A stretch of DNA of 64,000 nt from a virus (IMGVR_UViG_3300043414_000372:1-64000), one strand, 5' to 3'; positions 36,756-47,334 are shown, counted from the stretch's first letter. A program made the numbers and translations. Notes: generated by a model from the sequence alone, not told the origin.

Positions 36756-37133
36756 TTACTTCTTCTTTGTTGATTTTTTAATTTCTTCTTCTTTGATTTT
36801 TTCAATTTCTAAATCATCTTCAAATGATTCTTCTAATTCTAATTCTTCAGGAAGAAGTTCTGCTACGTCAATCTTTGCTGGTTTGGTAGCATCAGGTTGT
36901 AATTTTTGCTGAGATTTTTTAGTTACTTGTGCGGAACGATTACCTACTGTTTTGGTATAAGCGTTATTTACTTTGTCTGTTACTGGTTTTACGACTCTAC
37001 CAAATGCATCAATTGTGTCTCCGCGGGCGTTAAGATTCTTAACATTCCCCACTGCTCGTGTTTTTTCATTTTTTTGAATCATGGCGCCCATGTCCACGCT
37101 TTTACCCATTGCTGATCTGTATATACTTGCCAT
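36756..37133 (-). CDS. Hypothetical protein
   Basis: ORF with GGAG SD. Confidence 0.7.
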   Translation of the reverse strand: MASIYRSAMGKSVDMGAMIQKNEKTRAVGNVKNLNARGDTIDAFGRVVKPVTDKVNNAYTKTVGNRSAQVTKKSQQKLQPDATKPAKIDVAELLPEELELEESFEDDLEIEKIKEEEIKKSTKKK

Positions 37134-37144
37134 TTTTAATCTCC

Positions 37145-37654
37145 TTATTTTAAGAATTCGTCTACCGATAATTGATAGTACAAACTATTTATACGATGAA
37201 TCCCGATCAAATACAATACATAACTAGCTACACTACTGCCACGACCTACACCCCATACTATGTTATTTCTACGCATTGTATCCACAAGATACTTTAGATA
37301 CTTCAATAATGGGAACATATTCCTATCATGGAATTTTAATAGTTCATCCCCTGCACGTTGCAATTCTTCTTCGTTTTTACATTGATCCAATACCCATTTA
37401 GCAATGTCAATTTCGTAGTATTCTTGGGGCATTTGCCATTGTGATTGATTTAGTTCATCAAATTCTTCTAGTGATAGTTTGGTATCAACATATTCTACTA
37501 GTGTGGGTAGATTTTCATCTGAGAGAAAGATACTATCCAAATTGATTTGTTTATCTACGAAACATCCTTTGATAGTGCGTATAGGATCACGCATATACAA
37601 GTCACAGAGGTCATTTTCTGTGAGGATAATTTGTCCGTAATTGTCAGTTTTCAT
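37145..37654 (-). CDS. Stand-alone fragment of DNA polymerase III alpha (DnaE) ending before the catalytic DxD
   Basis: R...EL...VWGVGRGSSVASYVLYLIGIHRIN..Y.L...EFLK aligns by eye to DnaE VGPGRGSGAGSLVAYAL..T..DP...L.FERFL. Confidence 0.78.
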   Translation of the reverse strand: MKTDNYGQIILTENDLCDLYMRDPIRTIKGCFVDKQINLDSIFLSDENLPTLVEYVDTKLSLEEFDELNQSQWQMPQEYYEIDIAKWVLDQCKNEEELQRAGDELLKFHDRNMFPLLKYLKYLVDTMRRNNIVWGVGRGSSVASYVLYLIGIHRINSLYYQLSVDEFLK

Positions 37655-37689
37655 CTATGTATTATAACATAGACTTTTGTGTAAATCAA
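37654..37689 (-). promoter_or_regulatory. Sigma70-type promoter with dyad around the -10 box
   Basis: TTGATT-N17-TATAAT; TCTATGT-TATAAT-ACATAGA; ATG 6 nt after the -10 box. Confidence 0.75.
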
Positions 37690-38295
37690 CTATATTGGTT
37701 GTTTTTCATGGTCATTACTGAAAATAATTTCAGTAGTAGTATATTCTTTTTGTTCCCAATCTAACCCAACACTTGCCCAATCGCTATGTTGTTTTACCAA
37801 TCTAACAATTTTATCCTTTTTGTTAGTCTTGAGTATGTCGGACATGTTAGTAGAACTATCACTCCACCAGCCTTTGTTACCAAACGGGTGATTAGCAACC
37901 GTTTCTATATCATATACAAATTTAACATCATCACTTAATCCAGACATAAGTGAAAGATCAGTAATGTGTAATTTACCTTCTGTTATTGCATTTAGTTTTA
38001 GTAACAACAATATGGTTATGATTTGGTCGTATGGTTCATCGGGCAATGTACAGACTTTGATATCAGCCTGCATATACTTTTCTATAGCTTTTTTTTCTGA
38101 ATCTTGTACAAAAACACTATTACCCAAACATTCATGTAAGAAGTAATGTATCCTATCCATAGCTATATTTTGTTCTTTAATAGATGCTGTATCGACTTCC
38201 ATTTTTAATGCAAGTTCGTAGATGGTCATTGAGAATTCACCCTCAAAGTAAACCCCAGCTTGGAATGCGAATTCACGTTCTATTTTTGTTGCCAA
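37690..38295 (-). CDS. Hypothetical protein
   Basis: 201-aa ORF. Confidence 0.7.
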   Translation of the reverse strand: MATKIEREFAFQAGVYFEGEFSMTIYELALKMEVDTASIKEQNIAMDRIHYFLHECLGNSVFVQDSEKKAIEKYMQADIKVCTLPDEPYDQIITILLLLKLNAITEGKLHITDLSLMSGLSDDVKFVYDIETVANHPFGNKGWWSDSSTNMSDILKTNKKDKIVRLVKQHSDWASVGLDWEQKEYTTTEIIFSNDHEKQPI

Positions 38296-38536
38296 TTTGA
38301 TCCTCTTTTTGTATTGATACTTGACCTTGAATGTTTTGTTTTTTCATAACCTCGTCAAGTTTTTTGCTGGCTTCATTACGATATGTTTCAATTACCATAT
38401 GAAGCTGATTGATTAATGGTCTATTGCCCGTGCGATGGGCAAAGTTTAGTTTATTCATCAGACCAGTTAAATCAGTCTGAATTTCCTCTAATGTCTTTTC
38501 AGACAATGCTGCTCTGTTTAAGAATGGATGTTCCAT
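38273..38536 (-). CDS. Hypothetical late protein
   Basis: ATG 5 nt after TAAATA (38542-38547). Confidence 0.7.
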   Translation of the reverse strand: MEHPFLNRAALSEKTLEEIQTDLTGLMNKLNFAHRTGNRPLINQLHMVIETYRNEASKKLDEVMKKQNIQGQVSIQKEDQIGNKNRT

Positions 38537-38547
38537 TCAGATATTTA

Positions 38548-39837
38548 TTACCAAGATTGTAGTGCTAATCTTTTCCAAATATCATTGCCAACATAATATG
38601 TTGCAGTGGTTGCATTTGAATTTGTACTTAATCCTACTGTTGTTCCGGATACACCATTTGTTCTGGATTGGCTAACTGTGATATTTGGGCTAGCAACTGT
38701 TTTGATATAATAAACTGTATTCCCAATCAATCCACCCATATTAGCAGTAAAAACAATAGGAGCATTTACTGCGCTAGTCAAACTACTCAAATTGCCTGAT
38801 AATGTGATAAGATTTCCACTAGCGAATGTGTTTGTAACGTTGGTAACGCAAGCTGTAGCATTATATGAATCAGTAGCTATATATACATATGATACCGGGT
38901 TAGCAAACATAGTAGTACCTGAAGCATTTGCACCAATAGCAATATTAGCCCCGCCAATAGATGATGACACGGTGAATGTATTACTTGACACCACGTTTCT
39001 TACATAATATGTAGTTCCTACTACAATATTACCTGCAAGTGAAGTTCCAGTAAAGACTACTGGTAAATCAGTATATAATTGTGATGTATTACCAGATGTA
39101 GTAAGATACGGGTCTGTGTTAGCTGTTATAATTGTTAATTGATTAAACGACGGGCTAACTGCTACATCACCGTTAACATCACCTTGCAATCCAGTTGGAG
39201 GAACAAGGCGTTGTTGTATTTGTGTTGTTATTCTAGGTCTATTGATTGGAGTAATGTACAATGTGTTTCCGCAATCAGTTGTACTTACCATGTAGTTAAG
39301 TTGAGTTACACCATTTGGAACCGTTACTGCTAGATTGCCACTACTATTAGAATAGTTTTCAAGTGTAGTTGCGCCTGTGTCAGGAGATAATGTTACACTT
39401 GATGGGAATGTGATTACAGCATTAGCTGCATTAGCTGCTATTGAAAGGTTAACTTGTACGTTACTTTGAGTGCCGGTTGGTGCCCAGCTACCAAAATTAA
39501 TCGTAGTGTCTCCTGCAACTGTACCATAATGTACATCACCCAAAGACACATTTACCAATACAGTGCCTGATAATGCGTTACCCAAATTATAAGTGGTTGC
39601 TCTAAAGCTACGTGTACTTGCGTTACTGATAAGGGTGTTAGCCATATCATTATTAATAGTTGTACCAATTAATGCTTGTTTAACTACTACTTTGTTTTGT
39701 AGGTCAGTTATTTCATTGCCAGCAGCATTTAAATTGTTTACGATAGAGGCAAAGTTATCTCTGAAGCCTTGGCTGTTGTTGTTCACGCCCGGGACAGGAT
39801 AATTTACATTTATTGCGTTTGTGTTGATTGTACTCAT
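38548..39837 (-). CDS. Putative baseplate/tail fibre structural protein
   Basis: YPVPGVNNNSQGFRDNF N-terminus, N/T/S-rich beta repeats, ends WKRLAL. Confidence 0.6.
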   Translation of the reverse strand: MSTINTNAINVNYPVPGVNNNSQGFRDNFASIVNNLNAAGNEITDLQNKVVVKQALIGTTINNDMANTLISNASTRSFRATTYNLGNALSGTVLVNVSLGDVHYGTVAGDTTINFGSWAPTGTQSNVQVNLSIAANAANAVITFPSSVTLSPDTGATTLENYSNSSGNLAVTVPNGVTQLNYMVSTTDCGNTLYITPINRPRITTQIQQRLVPPTGLQGDVNGDVAVSPSFNQLTIITANTDPYLTTSGNTSQLYTDLPVVFTGTSLAGNIVVGTTYYVRNVVSSNTFTVSSSIGGANIAIGANASGTTMFANPVSYVYIATDSYNATACVTNVTNTFASGNLITLSGNLSSLTSAVNAPIVFTANMGGLIGNTVYYIKTVASPNITVSQSRTNGVSGTTVGLSTNSNATTATYYVGNDIWKRLALQSW

Positions 39838-39859
39838 GTTTGTATTCCGTTATATATAT

Positions 39860-42340
39860 TTAGTATTGCGTTTCATCCGGCAAAATTGTTTGTCTAGGGA
39901 ACAACACATAGAAATCTTTGCTATTTATTGGGTCAGGCACTGGAGTAGCACTGGGCAATCCTGACCATGCAGGTGGACTTAATGTATTTTCCCAATTGTA
40001 AGTGATACTCTTGTTTACCGTAAATCTATCTATATTGAAGTTAATTTGATTAAGAGTATAAGGCCAATTTGTTTCTATATTTGTTTTAACAGATTTGGCG
40101 TATCCTGGTAATGTATAACATATTACCCAAGCCTGAGTATAGCCCAATGTACTACCGTTTTCTTGTTGACTTGTCATCCATAATGGTAGTAATGTACTAT
40201 CAAATACTTGTCCTAGTACATTGGATACTCTAGTACGCATATTATATAAACTGTTTGGATACAATGTTCTAGCATATCCCGGTGTTCTACTTGTATAATA
40301 GCCTGGCGCTAACTCTTTATTATAACTAGTAAAGATATCAGTTATGCTTGTATACCAAGGACCCAAACCCAAGTCAATTGGTACTTGCCAGTATATACTA
40401 CTAGGTACGCTTTGTCCTTGTGGATTGATTAAGTTGTCAATTACTTCACTATATACTACTTCATAGATGATATTACCATTAGCATCTTTAGCTACCGCAG
40501 TTTTTAATTCACCTAATGTTATGTTTCTCCAATAGTGATTTCTAGTAACGGCGGCAATATATTCTTCTAAACCACTAGCGTATATTCCGTAAGCATGTTC
40601 GTAAATGATACTTGTAGCTTTTCCAAAGTTTGAATCATCCGGTCTGTACAATGAATCAGTAGGAATTAAATTTGAGTCATCTAATAATGTGCTCAATATA
40701 TTTCTATCATTAATACTTGGTGCAGCTTGAATATAAAGAATATCAGTTGGTTGACTATAGTTTTGATAAACTGTTACCTCAAATGTTTTACTTGATGTTA
40801 CGACAGGATACGTGGGTGAGTATGCTTGTATTGTAACACTAAAATTTGTAGTGTCCCCGGTATTTAAAAATACATCAGATGGTTGATTAGCAACCACCCC
40901 GGTTATTTCACCGTTAGTTAATAAAGTTAGATTAGGCGGCAATGAACCTGACGTAATTCTGTATAACAACGGTACATCTGAGTCTGCTACAACCTTTAAT
41001 GTACTTAATGTTCCATTGTATATAGTTCCCAAATTTACTGGGGTTATCCAAGTAATGACTCCAGTAATATCTAAACTTAAAGTAAATGCAAAGTTAAAAT
41101 TAACACTAGATATGCTACCATTGTTGATTTTACGAACACTTACAGTAAATCTATAACTGTTGATACCCGGAGAAGCAAGATATGGATCGCCGGTAATCCA
41201 TCCGGTAGTAGTATCACCGGTCAACCAATTTGGTAAATTAGAATATACGTATGTAAGCAATCCGCCATCAAAATCATGTCCTATAACTTTAAATGCAAAA
41301 TAATTATCACTTAAATAATTCCCCATTTGGGCACTTGCAGAAGGTGATACTGGAGGTAAAATATAATAACCATAATATGGATCTGTATCATTTACTGTTA
41401 TTGTTAATGGGCGAGTATTTAATATAGTAGGAATTCTAGTATTAAGTGCTTTGCCCGGGCCACCCTGACTTGATGATAAATTTTGATTGATAACTGTTAT
41501 TGAATAAGACGAGAAATTACCACCCAATGCACTAACTAATTTTAATACAAAATTATAAGTCCTACTAGTAGGTTGTCCTACTGAGACAGAAGGCAATGTT
41601 ACAGTCATTGCACCAGAATCATCAGTCAATTGTAATATACTACCGTTTTGCGTAACAGATATTGCAAATGCATTGTTGGTTATATCTATTTCTCTTATGT
41701 AATATGTCACACCAGCTACAATATTACCAATTGGATTAGTAAATGTCACCGGTCTTCCTATTGTTATACCTAACACTGATATACAATATATATAATCAGT
41801 TGATGCAGTTGTAGTCAACCCAACTGTAGTTATTAATGGTAAATTAACTGAGGTTGTAGGTGGTGACGCATAACCCTGTATCATTCCAGTTGGTGATACT
41901 TCAATTCCGGGGGGTAATGATCCTGATTGCAATTCAACGGTTACTACATTATCAGCAGATGGATTAGAATATGTTATTTGTTGTTGAACCCAAATGCTAT
42001 CTTGAGTACTCAATATCAAACCAGATTCTGTAGTGAATTGCGGAATAGCACTTCCAGTAACTGTCATATTAAAAGTTCTATCACGCAAGTTTCCTAAATT
42101 ATCAGTAGCACGAATAGTAAATGCTGTTACTGTATTTTGTGTTACTAGGGTAGGTATACCGGTTAATATACCATTATTTGAATTCAATGTAATATTAGTA
42201 GGCAAATTGCCTGATATTAAAGTATATATTATACTAGTAGCAGGTGCTACTGGCGATGCTGATAAAACAAAGGTCATTGGAAGTCCATAAGGATAACTTC
42301 CTATAGATCCGGCTGACGTATTCCAAGTTGGTTGTGCCAT
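39860..42340 (-). CDS. Baseplate-associated protein with repeated Ig-like (putative Ig) domains
   Basis: Repeated Y.L.SG.LP.G..L...G.I.G units. Confidence 0.65.
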   Translation of the reverse strand: MAQPTWNTSAGSIGSYPYGLPMTFVLSASPVAPATSIIYTLISGNLPTNITLNSNNGILTGIPTLVTQNTVTAFTIRATDNLGNLRDRTFNMTVTGSAIPQFTTESGLILSTQDSIWVQQQITYSNPSADNVVTVELQSGSLPPGIEVSPTGMIQGYASPPTTSVNLPLITTVGLTTTASTDYIYCISVLGITIGRPVTFTNPIGNIVAGVTYYIREIDITNNAFAISVTQNGSILQLTDDSGAMTVTLPSVSVGQPTSRTYNFVLKLVSALGGNFSSYSITVINQNLSSSQGGPGKALNTRIPTILNTRPLTITVNDTDPYYGYYILPPVSPSASAQMGNYLSDNYFAFKVIGHDFDGGLLTYVYSNLPNWLTGDTTTGWITGDPYLASPGINSYRFTVSVRKINNGSISSVNFNFAFTLSLDITGVITWITPVNLGTIYNGTLSTLKVVADSDVPLLYRITSGSLPPNLTLLTNGEITGVVANQPSDVFLNTGDTTNFSVTIQAYSPTYPVVTSSKTFEVTVYQNYSQPTDILYIQAAPSINDRNILSTLLDDSNLIPTDSLYRPDDSNFGKATSIIYEHAYGIYASGLEEYIAAVTRNHYWRNITLGELKTAVAKDANGNIIYEVVYSEVIDNLINPQGQSVPSSIYWQVPIDLGLGPWYTSITDIFTSYNKELAPGYYTSRTPGYARTLYPNSLYNMRTRVSNVLGQVFDSTLLPLWMTSQQENGSTLGYTQAWVICYTLPGYAKSVKTNIETNWPYTLNQINFNIDRFTVNKSITYNWENTLSPPAWSGLPSATPVPDPINSKDFYVLFPRQTILPDETQY

Positions 42341-42341
42341 A

Positions 42342-42962
42342 TTAACTTGTTAAATAATGCATCGCTAATTCATAGTGATGCTTTCTATCTTCTAAACCAA
42401 TTGTACCACCATTGATACGTTTAGTTAATGTTACAAAATCACCACTATCACAGTATTGATTTAGTTTGTTATTATCCCAGAACCATCCTGCACTTGCTAC
42501 AGCACCATTTGGTGTTTCTAAGTAAGCTATTGTATCTTCTAAACTCATATTCAAATCTTGTGCGAATTTAGTATAATTAGCACGACCAGTCAATTGAATT
42601 AGTCCACGTCCACAGAAGCGATATCCATCACCTGATTCTTCTGGTCCATTACTCATACGATTAGCATAGACACGATTAGCAATCATTTCTGGCTTTTTAG
42701 CATAATGACTTGCTATTTCATCATTGGGGAAATATTTACCAAATGTACCGCGTAATCCTTTAGCACTATAGTTTAGATTTTCTTTGATAGCAGTAAACCC
42801 ACCAGATTCATGGGCGCATTGTGCTATGAATCCTGCTAGTCTTGACGGATTAACATTCATGTCATAGTATTCAGCCACTGTGTTTAGTGGTTCCAAGTAT
42901 CCCTCAAGCACACTTGCTTTGGTTTTGGGACACATATGTGTTAATAAATCTAGGGTTACCAT
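42342..42962 (-). CDS. Glycoside hydrolase family 19 lysozyme/endolysin
   Basis: FIAQCAHES, ENLNYS, RGLIQLTGRANY, SAGWFW, RINGGTIG; own TAAATA at 42981-42986. Confidence 0.92.
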   Translation of the reverse strand: MVTLDLLTHMCPKTKASVLEGYLEPLNTVAEYYDMNVNPSRLAGFIAQCAHESGGFTAIKENLNYSAKGLRGTFGKYFPNDEIASHYAKKPEMIANRVYANRMSNGPEESGDGYRFCGRGLIQLTGRANYTKFAQDLNMSLEDTIAYLETPNGAVASAGWFWDNNKLNQYCDSGDFVTLTKRINGGTIGLEDRKHHYELAMHYLTS

Positions 42963-43013
42963 AATACTTCCTTATTATAGTATTTATCGTTTTGATTGAA
43001 GGTTGTTGATGAC

Positions 43014-43862
43014 TTACATATTCTGTGTATTTGTTGATGGGAATTGACGAGATGTTCCTGGCCAGATAATACGAACTGCACCGGGGATTGCAAAACTATT
43101 TACTCCACCGCGCATACCTCCACCGTATGTATTTAAAACAAATGGATCTGTGGTGTATTTGTTTCCGCCACTACCACCTCCACCGTTTTGACTATCTGCG
43201 ACTCCGGTGTTCATGCCGCCTGCACCATTACTACCTTGTCCTAAAATTCCAACTCCACCTCCAAATCCCCATCCCTGCGGGCCGGCACCACCACCACCAC
43301 CACCGCCCCCTGCGCCAGCTTGTCCGGCACCATTTACACTGTCGGAGTTTTGACCAAATCCATTACCACCTGCGCCTGAATATCCACCAGCACCACCGCC
43401 GCCGCCGCCCCAATAATTACCGTAACCCGGGCTTCCGCCCGCGCCACCGGGATATCCCGTGCCGTAAATAACACTTCCCCCGGCGCCACCACTAGCGGTG
43501 CCAATTGGACTGTCTAATCCTCCACCCGCAGCACATGTAGTAGTATTGAAACTAGCATCACGGACATTAGCACCACTATTAAGTGACGGGACAACAACTG
43601 TATATCCTTGCCCCGGTATTACTGTAAAATTATTTACATATGCCAATGCCCCGCCGCCGCCGCCAGCAAAATAACTATTTGTCCCGTCATAATATCCTGG
43701 ATTCCCTGCACCACCTGCACCTACACAAACAACACTTACACTAGTTACACCGGTAGGTGCAACCCATGTATATGTACCTGGCGTAGTATATGCCTGTTGC
43801 CCGGTTGGTTCTATTACCGCAGTAAATCCCGATATTCTCATTGGTCCAAATGATATTCCCAT
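43014..43862 (-). CDS. Glycine-rich tail adhesin-like protein
   Basis: YTTPGTYTWVAPTGV..V.VVCVGAGG, long GGG loops, GAVRIIW end. Confidence 0.7.
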   Translation of the reverse strand: MGISFGPMRISGFTAVIEPTGQQAYTTPGTYTWVAPTGVTSVSVVCVGAGGAGNPGYYDGTNSYFAGGGGGALAYVNNFTVIPGQGYTVVVPSLNSGANVRDASFNTTTCAAGGGLDSPIGTASGGAGGSVIYGTGYPGGAGGSPGYGNYWGGGGGGAGGYSGAGGNGFGQNSDSVNGAGQAGAGGGGGGGGAGPQGWGFGGGVGILGQGSNGAGGMNTGVADSQNGGGGSGGNKYTTDPFVLNTYGGGMRGGVNSFAIPGAVRIIWPGTSRQFPSTNTQNM

Positions 43863-43873
43863 ATATTACTTCT

Positions 43874-44260
43874 TTAAGGTTTAGGATATTTTGCTTTAAC
43901 GGCAAGACAAGCATCAATATAAGCCTGTATTTGTGCTTGATCACCTTTGACTATGCCATCAATATAATCGGTCATCGGTGGATATTCTGCGGCTCTATCT
44001 CTTTGGTATTGAGTTTTTGCTAGTTCAGTTTGCATTGCTATATATGAGTCAATTAGTACAGTGGGTGCTTCCTTAGCAACAAACTGACCATCAATATATG
44101 CCCACCCGTAAGGTGCAGAGCCGCTTGGCTCACCTTGAACAATGAATGCCTCCAACGCCGTGTTTTTAAAAACCTGCTCTATGCCGCAGGTGTAGCGGTC
44201 TTCAAGTTCAACAACGTCACCAAAAAATACTACGTTAGTAGCGTTAACTAGGGTACTCAT
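43874..44260 (-). CDS. Putative tail fibre assembly protein
   Basis: YQRDRAAEYP...VKAKYPKP C-terminus; follows the adhesin gene. Confidence 0.5.
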   Translation of the reverse strand: MSTLVNATNVVFFGDVVELEDRYTCGIEQVFKNTALEAFIVQGEPSGSAPYGWAYIDGQFVAKEAPTVLIDSYIAMQTELAKTQYQRDRAAEYPPMTDYIDGIVKGDQAQIQAYIDACLAVKAKYPKP

Positions 44261-47103
44261 ACGATTGCTCCTTGGGAGAAGTACACACGGCCTTCATAAA
44301 GTTCATTATTTTGCATTGAACTACCAGTTGCGGTATTTGAGTACATTAAAGCCGCTTTACTTGCTGTTGGGAACGCAACTGGGTTTGGCGTAACTAAAGG
44401 AGTTGCAACGATTGCGAGTGCGCTAGTGATGTTTGTTGTCAAGGGTTTACCAATAATTGGCGTACCGTTGACGATTGTGTATGGGGCAATGTAACCAGCC
44501 GACAAGTAAGTAGCGTTAATGGCATCCCAAGTTCCGACAAAAACAAAACCTTTAGATGCAGAAAGCGGCGACAAAATAGCCAAGTTGTTTCCACCTTGTG
44601 GGGAAGTAGAAAATGCATTTACAGAAAAATTTGTTGAAGCAAAAGTAGGCACTAAGTTTGCCAAATCAACACAAAACATACCTACTGTTCCAGCGCCAGC
44701 ACTAACAGCAATTGCCCTTGTTGAACTTACTGCTACTGCGTAAAAATTACCTCCATAAGTCATAGCAGCACTACTGTTTAGAATTAAAGGCCCATAAACA
44801 GTAGGTAGTTGGAATGTCCATGTTCCACCAGATACGCTAAAACCAATTGCATACATATAGTTAGAAGAACCATTAGTTGCAAAAATAATTCCAGTGGTTG
44901 CGGTTAATGCAACAATGTTACCTCTACCTGCTGTACCTGTACTAAAAGATGTTTGAGTTCCAGCAGTGATAGCTGTACCACTTACTGTAATTGTATTAAC
45001 ATACGCCGATCCTCCAAAACCTGCAACTACCGCTGATGTACTTGATGTCGCCGCAATAGATATGCCATAAGTCATATTTCCTGCAAGAGTTATTACTGGT
45101 GTACCAATCGTTAAAGTAGAACCAGAAATATTTAAAGTAACTGTGTAACCATTTGTGGTAGTTCCATAAGCTATAACACACTGAGTTGATGACAATGCAC
45201 ATATTGCCATTTTGTACCAAGTAGGAGAATTGGCAGTAGTAATTCCAAAATTAATGCTGCTTGTTACCGCATAACTTGTGCCAGTAATCGTAATTAATTT
45301 AGCAACAAGAGGGACTGCTGATAAAGTTGGATCAATATTAGGCTGATAAAGAAGTATTGCTTGTGTCGGACTTATAGAAACAAACGTAGGAACCATATAG
45401 GTGCTGTTAAAGATAGCACTAGAGCCCACTTGACTTCCCACCCACAGTGGGTATGCGGTTCCTACTGAAGAATTACCCCCAGTAATAACATTTGCCGCGC
45501 TGCTACCGGCGTTTCCAACGTACCCAGAGTTATAAGCATAAATGCAAGTTGATGCGCTTGGTGTTGCCACAGCAGGTGCTTGCATAGCACAAGAACCAAC
45601 GATACCGTAGAAAATTTGAGATGAATTAACTATCGTTGTGTTTGATTTCGTGGTAGTTGTTCCACTAATTGTTAAATAATATGAAGTAGGATAAGGTGTA
45701 TAATTGTTGGAAAAAAGCAATGCTTGTGTTGCGGATATTGCAGAAATACTTGGAGCATAATAACTGCCTCCAGAATCAATAAATAACTCATTGCCGGCAG
45801 TAATAGTAAATCCGCTTACACTACAAGTCATTGCATAAAGGGCACCAGCACTATTTGCATAATAAGAAACAATAAATTTTGTTGCGCTTAATGCTGTTAT
45901 TTGTGCAGAAATAGCATAGTTTGCCGAATTGATGGTAAGGCTATTAACATATGTTGTCGTAGTTCCTGATATTGAATAAAGCCCAACGGCAATCTCTGTA
46001 CCAGATGCTGGACTATATACAAAAGCCACTAAAGTAGAGGACAAAGATACACATTGACCTCCCCACGCAGCTGTAGAACCATAGGTTGTTAATCCGTTAT
46101 TTATTGCGCCGTACGTTAAAGTTGAGCCGCTAATTGTTGCAACTAATGCATATTGAGTTCCAGAACCGTATACCCCAGTAGCCATAATCAGTGCCGTAGT
46201 GGCAGTTAACATTGCTATAGATGGGTTATATACATAATAATTATTAGCATTCGTACTCAAAATTGCTATTGATTCTGTGCCAACAGTTATGGTCGTTCCA
46301 GATACTGTAATAGGTACAGCAGAAATACTATTAGGAGTGTTTTGGCCAGAGTTCCAAGCAATAATTCCTGTTGTGGAACTTAACATTTGTATGGTGGCAT
46401 TTTTTCCACCAGAATAATACATTGACCCAGAAACAAATACAGGGGTACTCATCGTAAGTACACCAGAATTGTTTGTAACTACTGCTGCATAAATAGTAGT
46501 CGTACCACTATATGATCCAGTAGTGGCTTTTAACAGGTTAAACACATACACTGCTTGTGTTGAACTAATTGCGGAGATTTGAGTCCCACCACCGGGGTAC
46601 ATATTTCCTTTAGTAATACCTTGTATGCTTGTAATAGAAGGGGCGCTATTAACAATATCAGACGGAAAATTTCCAGTTGTCCAAACACCCGCAGCGGTAG
46701 ACACATCAATTGCCCACATATAGTAGCCAGTGTCTGGGCCAATAGCTAACAGGTAGTTTCCTGCGTTGTCGTTGACAATTAAGGTGTAGGTCTGGCTCAA
46801 ATTTTTGAGCATGAAATTAGCCAGAGTCAAAGCCGATGCAGAAGGTAAAGTGACCGTGATGTCTGCTGTGGGGGTAATTGCTACGTTGTTGCCGCCTACT
46901 GTTGTTGGAAGTGTTAAATCACTTGCTTGTGCGGGGTAATTTACAATACCACCGCTGCCCGGGCCAGTAGCGCCTGCAATACCAGTGGCACCTGTTGGTC
47001 CAGTAGCACCACTTGGCCCAGTAGCACCAGTTGCTCCCTGATCACCAAGACTTGCTGGATCCCATGTGCTTGTGTTTGTGTTATAATATTTTAGTACGGA
47101 CAT
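44257..47103 (-). CDS. Tail fibre/receptor-binding protein with beta-propeller-like repeats
   Basis: Short collagen stretch, then repeated LS.T.A..(V/Y)......TISGTT.T.G units. Confidence 0.7.
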   Translation of the reverse strand: MSVLKYYNTNTSTWDPASLGDQGATGATGPSGATGPTGATGIAGATGPGSGGIVNYPAQASDLTLPTTVGGNNVAITPTADITVTLPSASALTLANFMLKNLSQTYTLIVNDNAGNYLLAIGPDTGYYMWAIDVSTAAGVWTTGNFPSDIVNSAPSITSIQGITKGNMYPGGGTQISAISSTQAVYVFNLLKATTGSYSGTTTIYAAVVTNNSGVLTMSTPVFVSGSMYYSGGKNATIQMLSSTTGIIAWNSGQNTPNSISAVPITVSGTTITVGTESIAILSTNANNYYVYNPSIAMLTATTALIMATGVYGSGTQYALVATISGSTLTYGAINNGLTTYGSTAAWGGQCVSLSSTLVAFVYSPASGTEIAVGLYSISGTTTTYVNSLTINSANYAISAQITALSATKFIVSYYANSAGALYAMTCSVSGFTITAGNELFIDSGGSYYAPSISAISATQALLFSNNYTPYPTSYYLTISGTTTTKSNTTIVNSSQIFYGIVGSCAMQAPAVATPSASTCIYAYNSGYVGNAGSSAANVITGGNSSVGTAYPLWVGSQVGSSAIFNSTYMVPTFVSISPTQAILLYQPNIDPTLSAVPLVAKLITITGTSYAVTSSINFGITTANSPTWYKMAICALSSTQCVIAYGTTTNGYTVTLNISGSTLTIGTPVITLAGNMTYGISIAATSSTSAVVAGFGGSAYVNTITVSGTAITAGTQTSFSTGTAGRGNIVALTATTGIIFATNGSSNYMYAIGFSVSGGTWTFQLPTVYGPLILNSSAAMTYGGNFYAVAVSSTRAIAVSAGAGTVGMFCVDLANLVPTFASTNFSVNAFSTSPQGGNNLAILSPLSASKGFVFVGTWDAINATYLSAGYIAPYTIVNGTPIIGKPLTTNITSALAIVATPLVTPNPVAFPTASKAALMYSNTATGSSMQNNELYEGRVYFSQGAIV

Positions 47104-47108
47104 TTATT
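47006..47108. repeat. 103-bp direct repeat, copy 1
   Basis: Matches 48855-48957 with 2 mismatches by manual alignment. Confidence 0.92.
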
Positions 47109-47334
47109 CTTTCCAGGCTGGATCTATTGTCCATGTTCCGTTATCGTACAAATATTTATTTCCAACCCAGTCCTCAGGTGGAGTAACGTTTTCAATAAGT
47201 TGAGCATTGGATGCGTTCAAATCACCAATGTCGTAACCTGGCGCATGAACTCGGTCAGTGCCAAAAGTTATGATTTCATTATCATTCCATATATATTTAG
47301 AACGTTTTGTTTCAGTGTGAATTAGTGTTTTCAT
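47104..47334 (-). CDS. Small tail fibre accessory protein
   Basis: PPEDWVGNKYLYDNGTW.DP.W motif. Confidence 0.55.
   Translation of the reverse strand: MKTLIHTETKRSKYIWNDNEIITFGTDRVHAPGYDIGDLNASNAQLIENVTPPEDWVGNKYLYDNGTWTIDPAWKE

Noticed and set aside
36755-36805. Poly-Lys N-terminal extension of GroES and similar extensions on queE, folE and the 17462, 20655, 28089 and 60517 ORFs
   Set aside because: They overlap upstream genes or promoters; downstream ATGs fit SD/promoter positions and family N-termini better.
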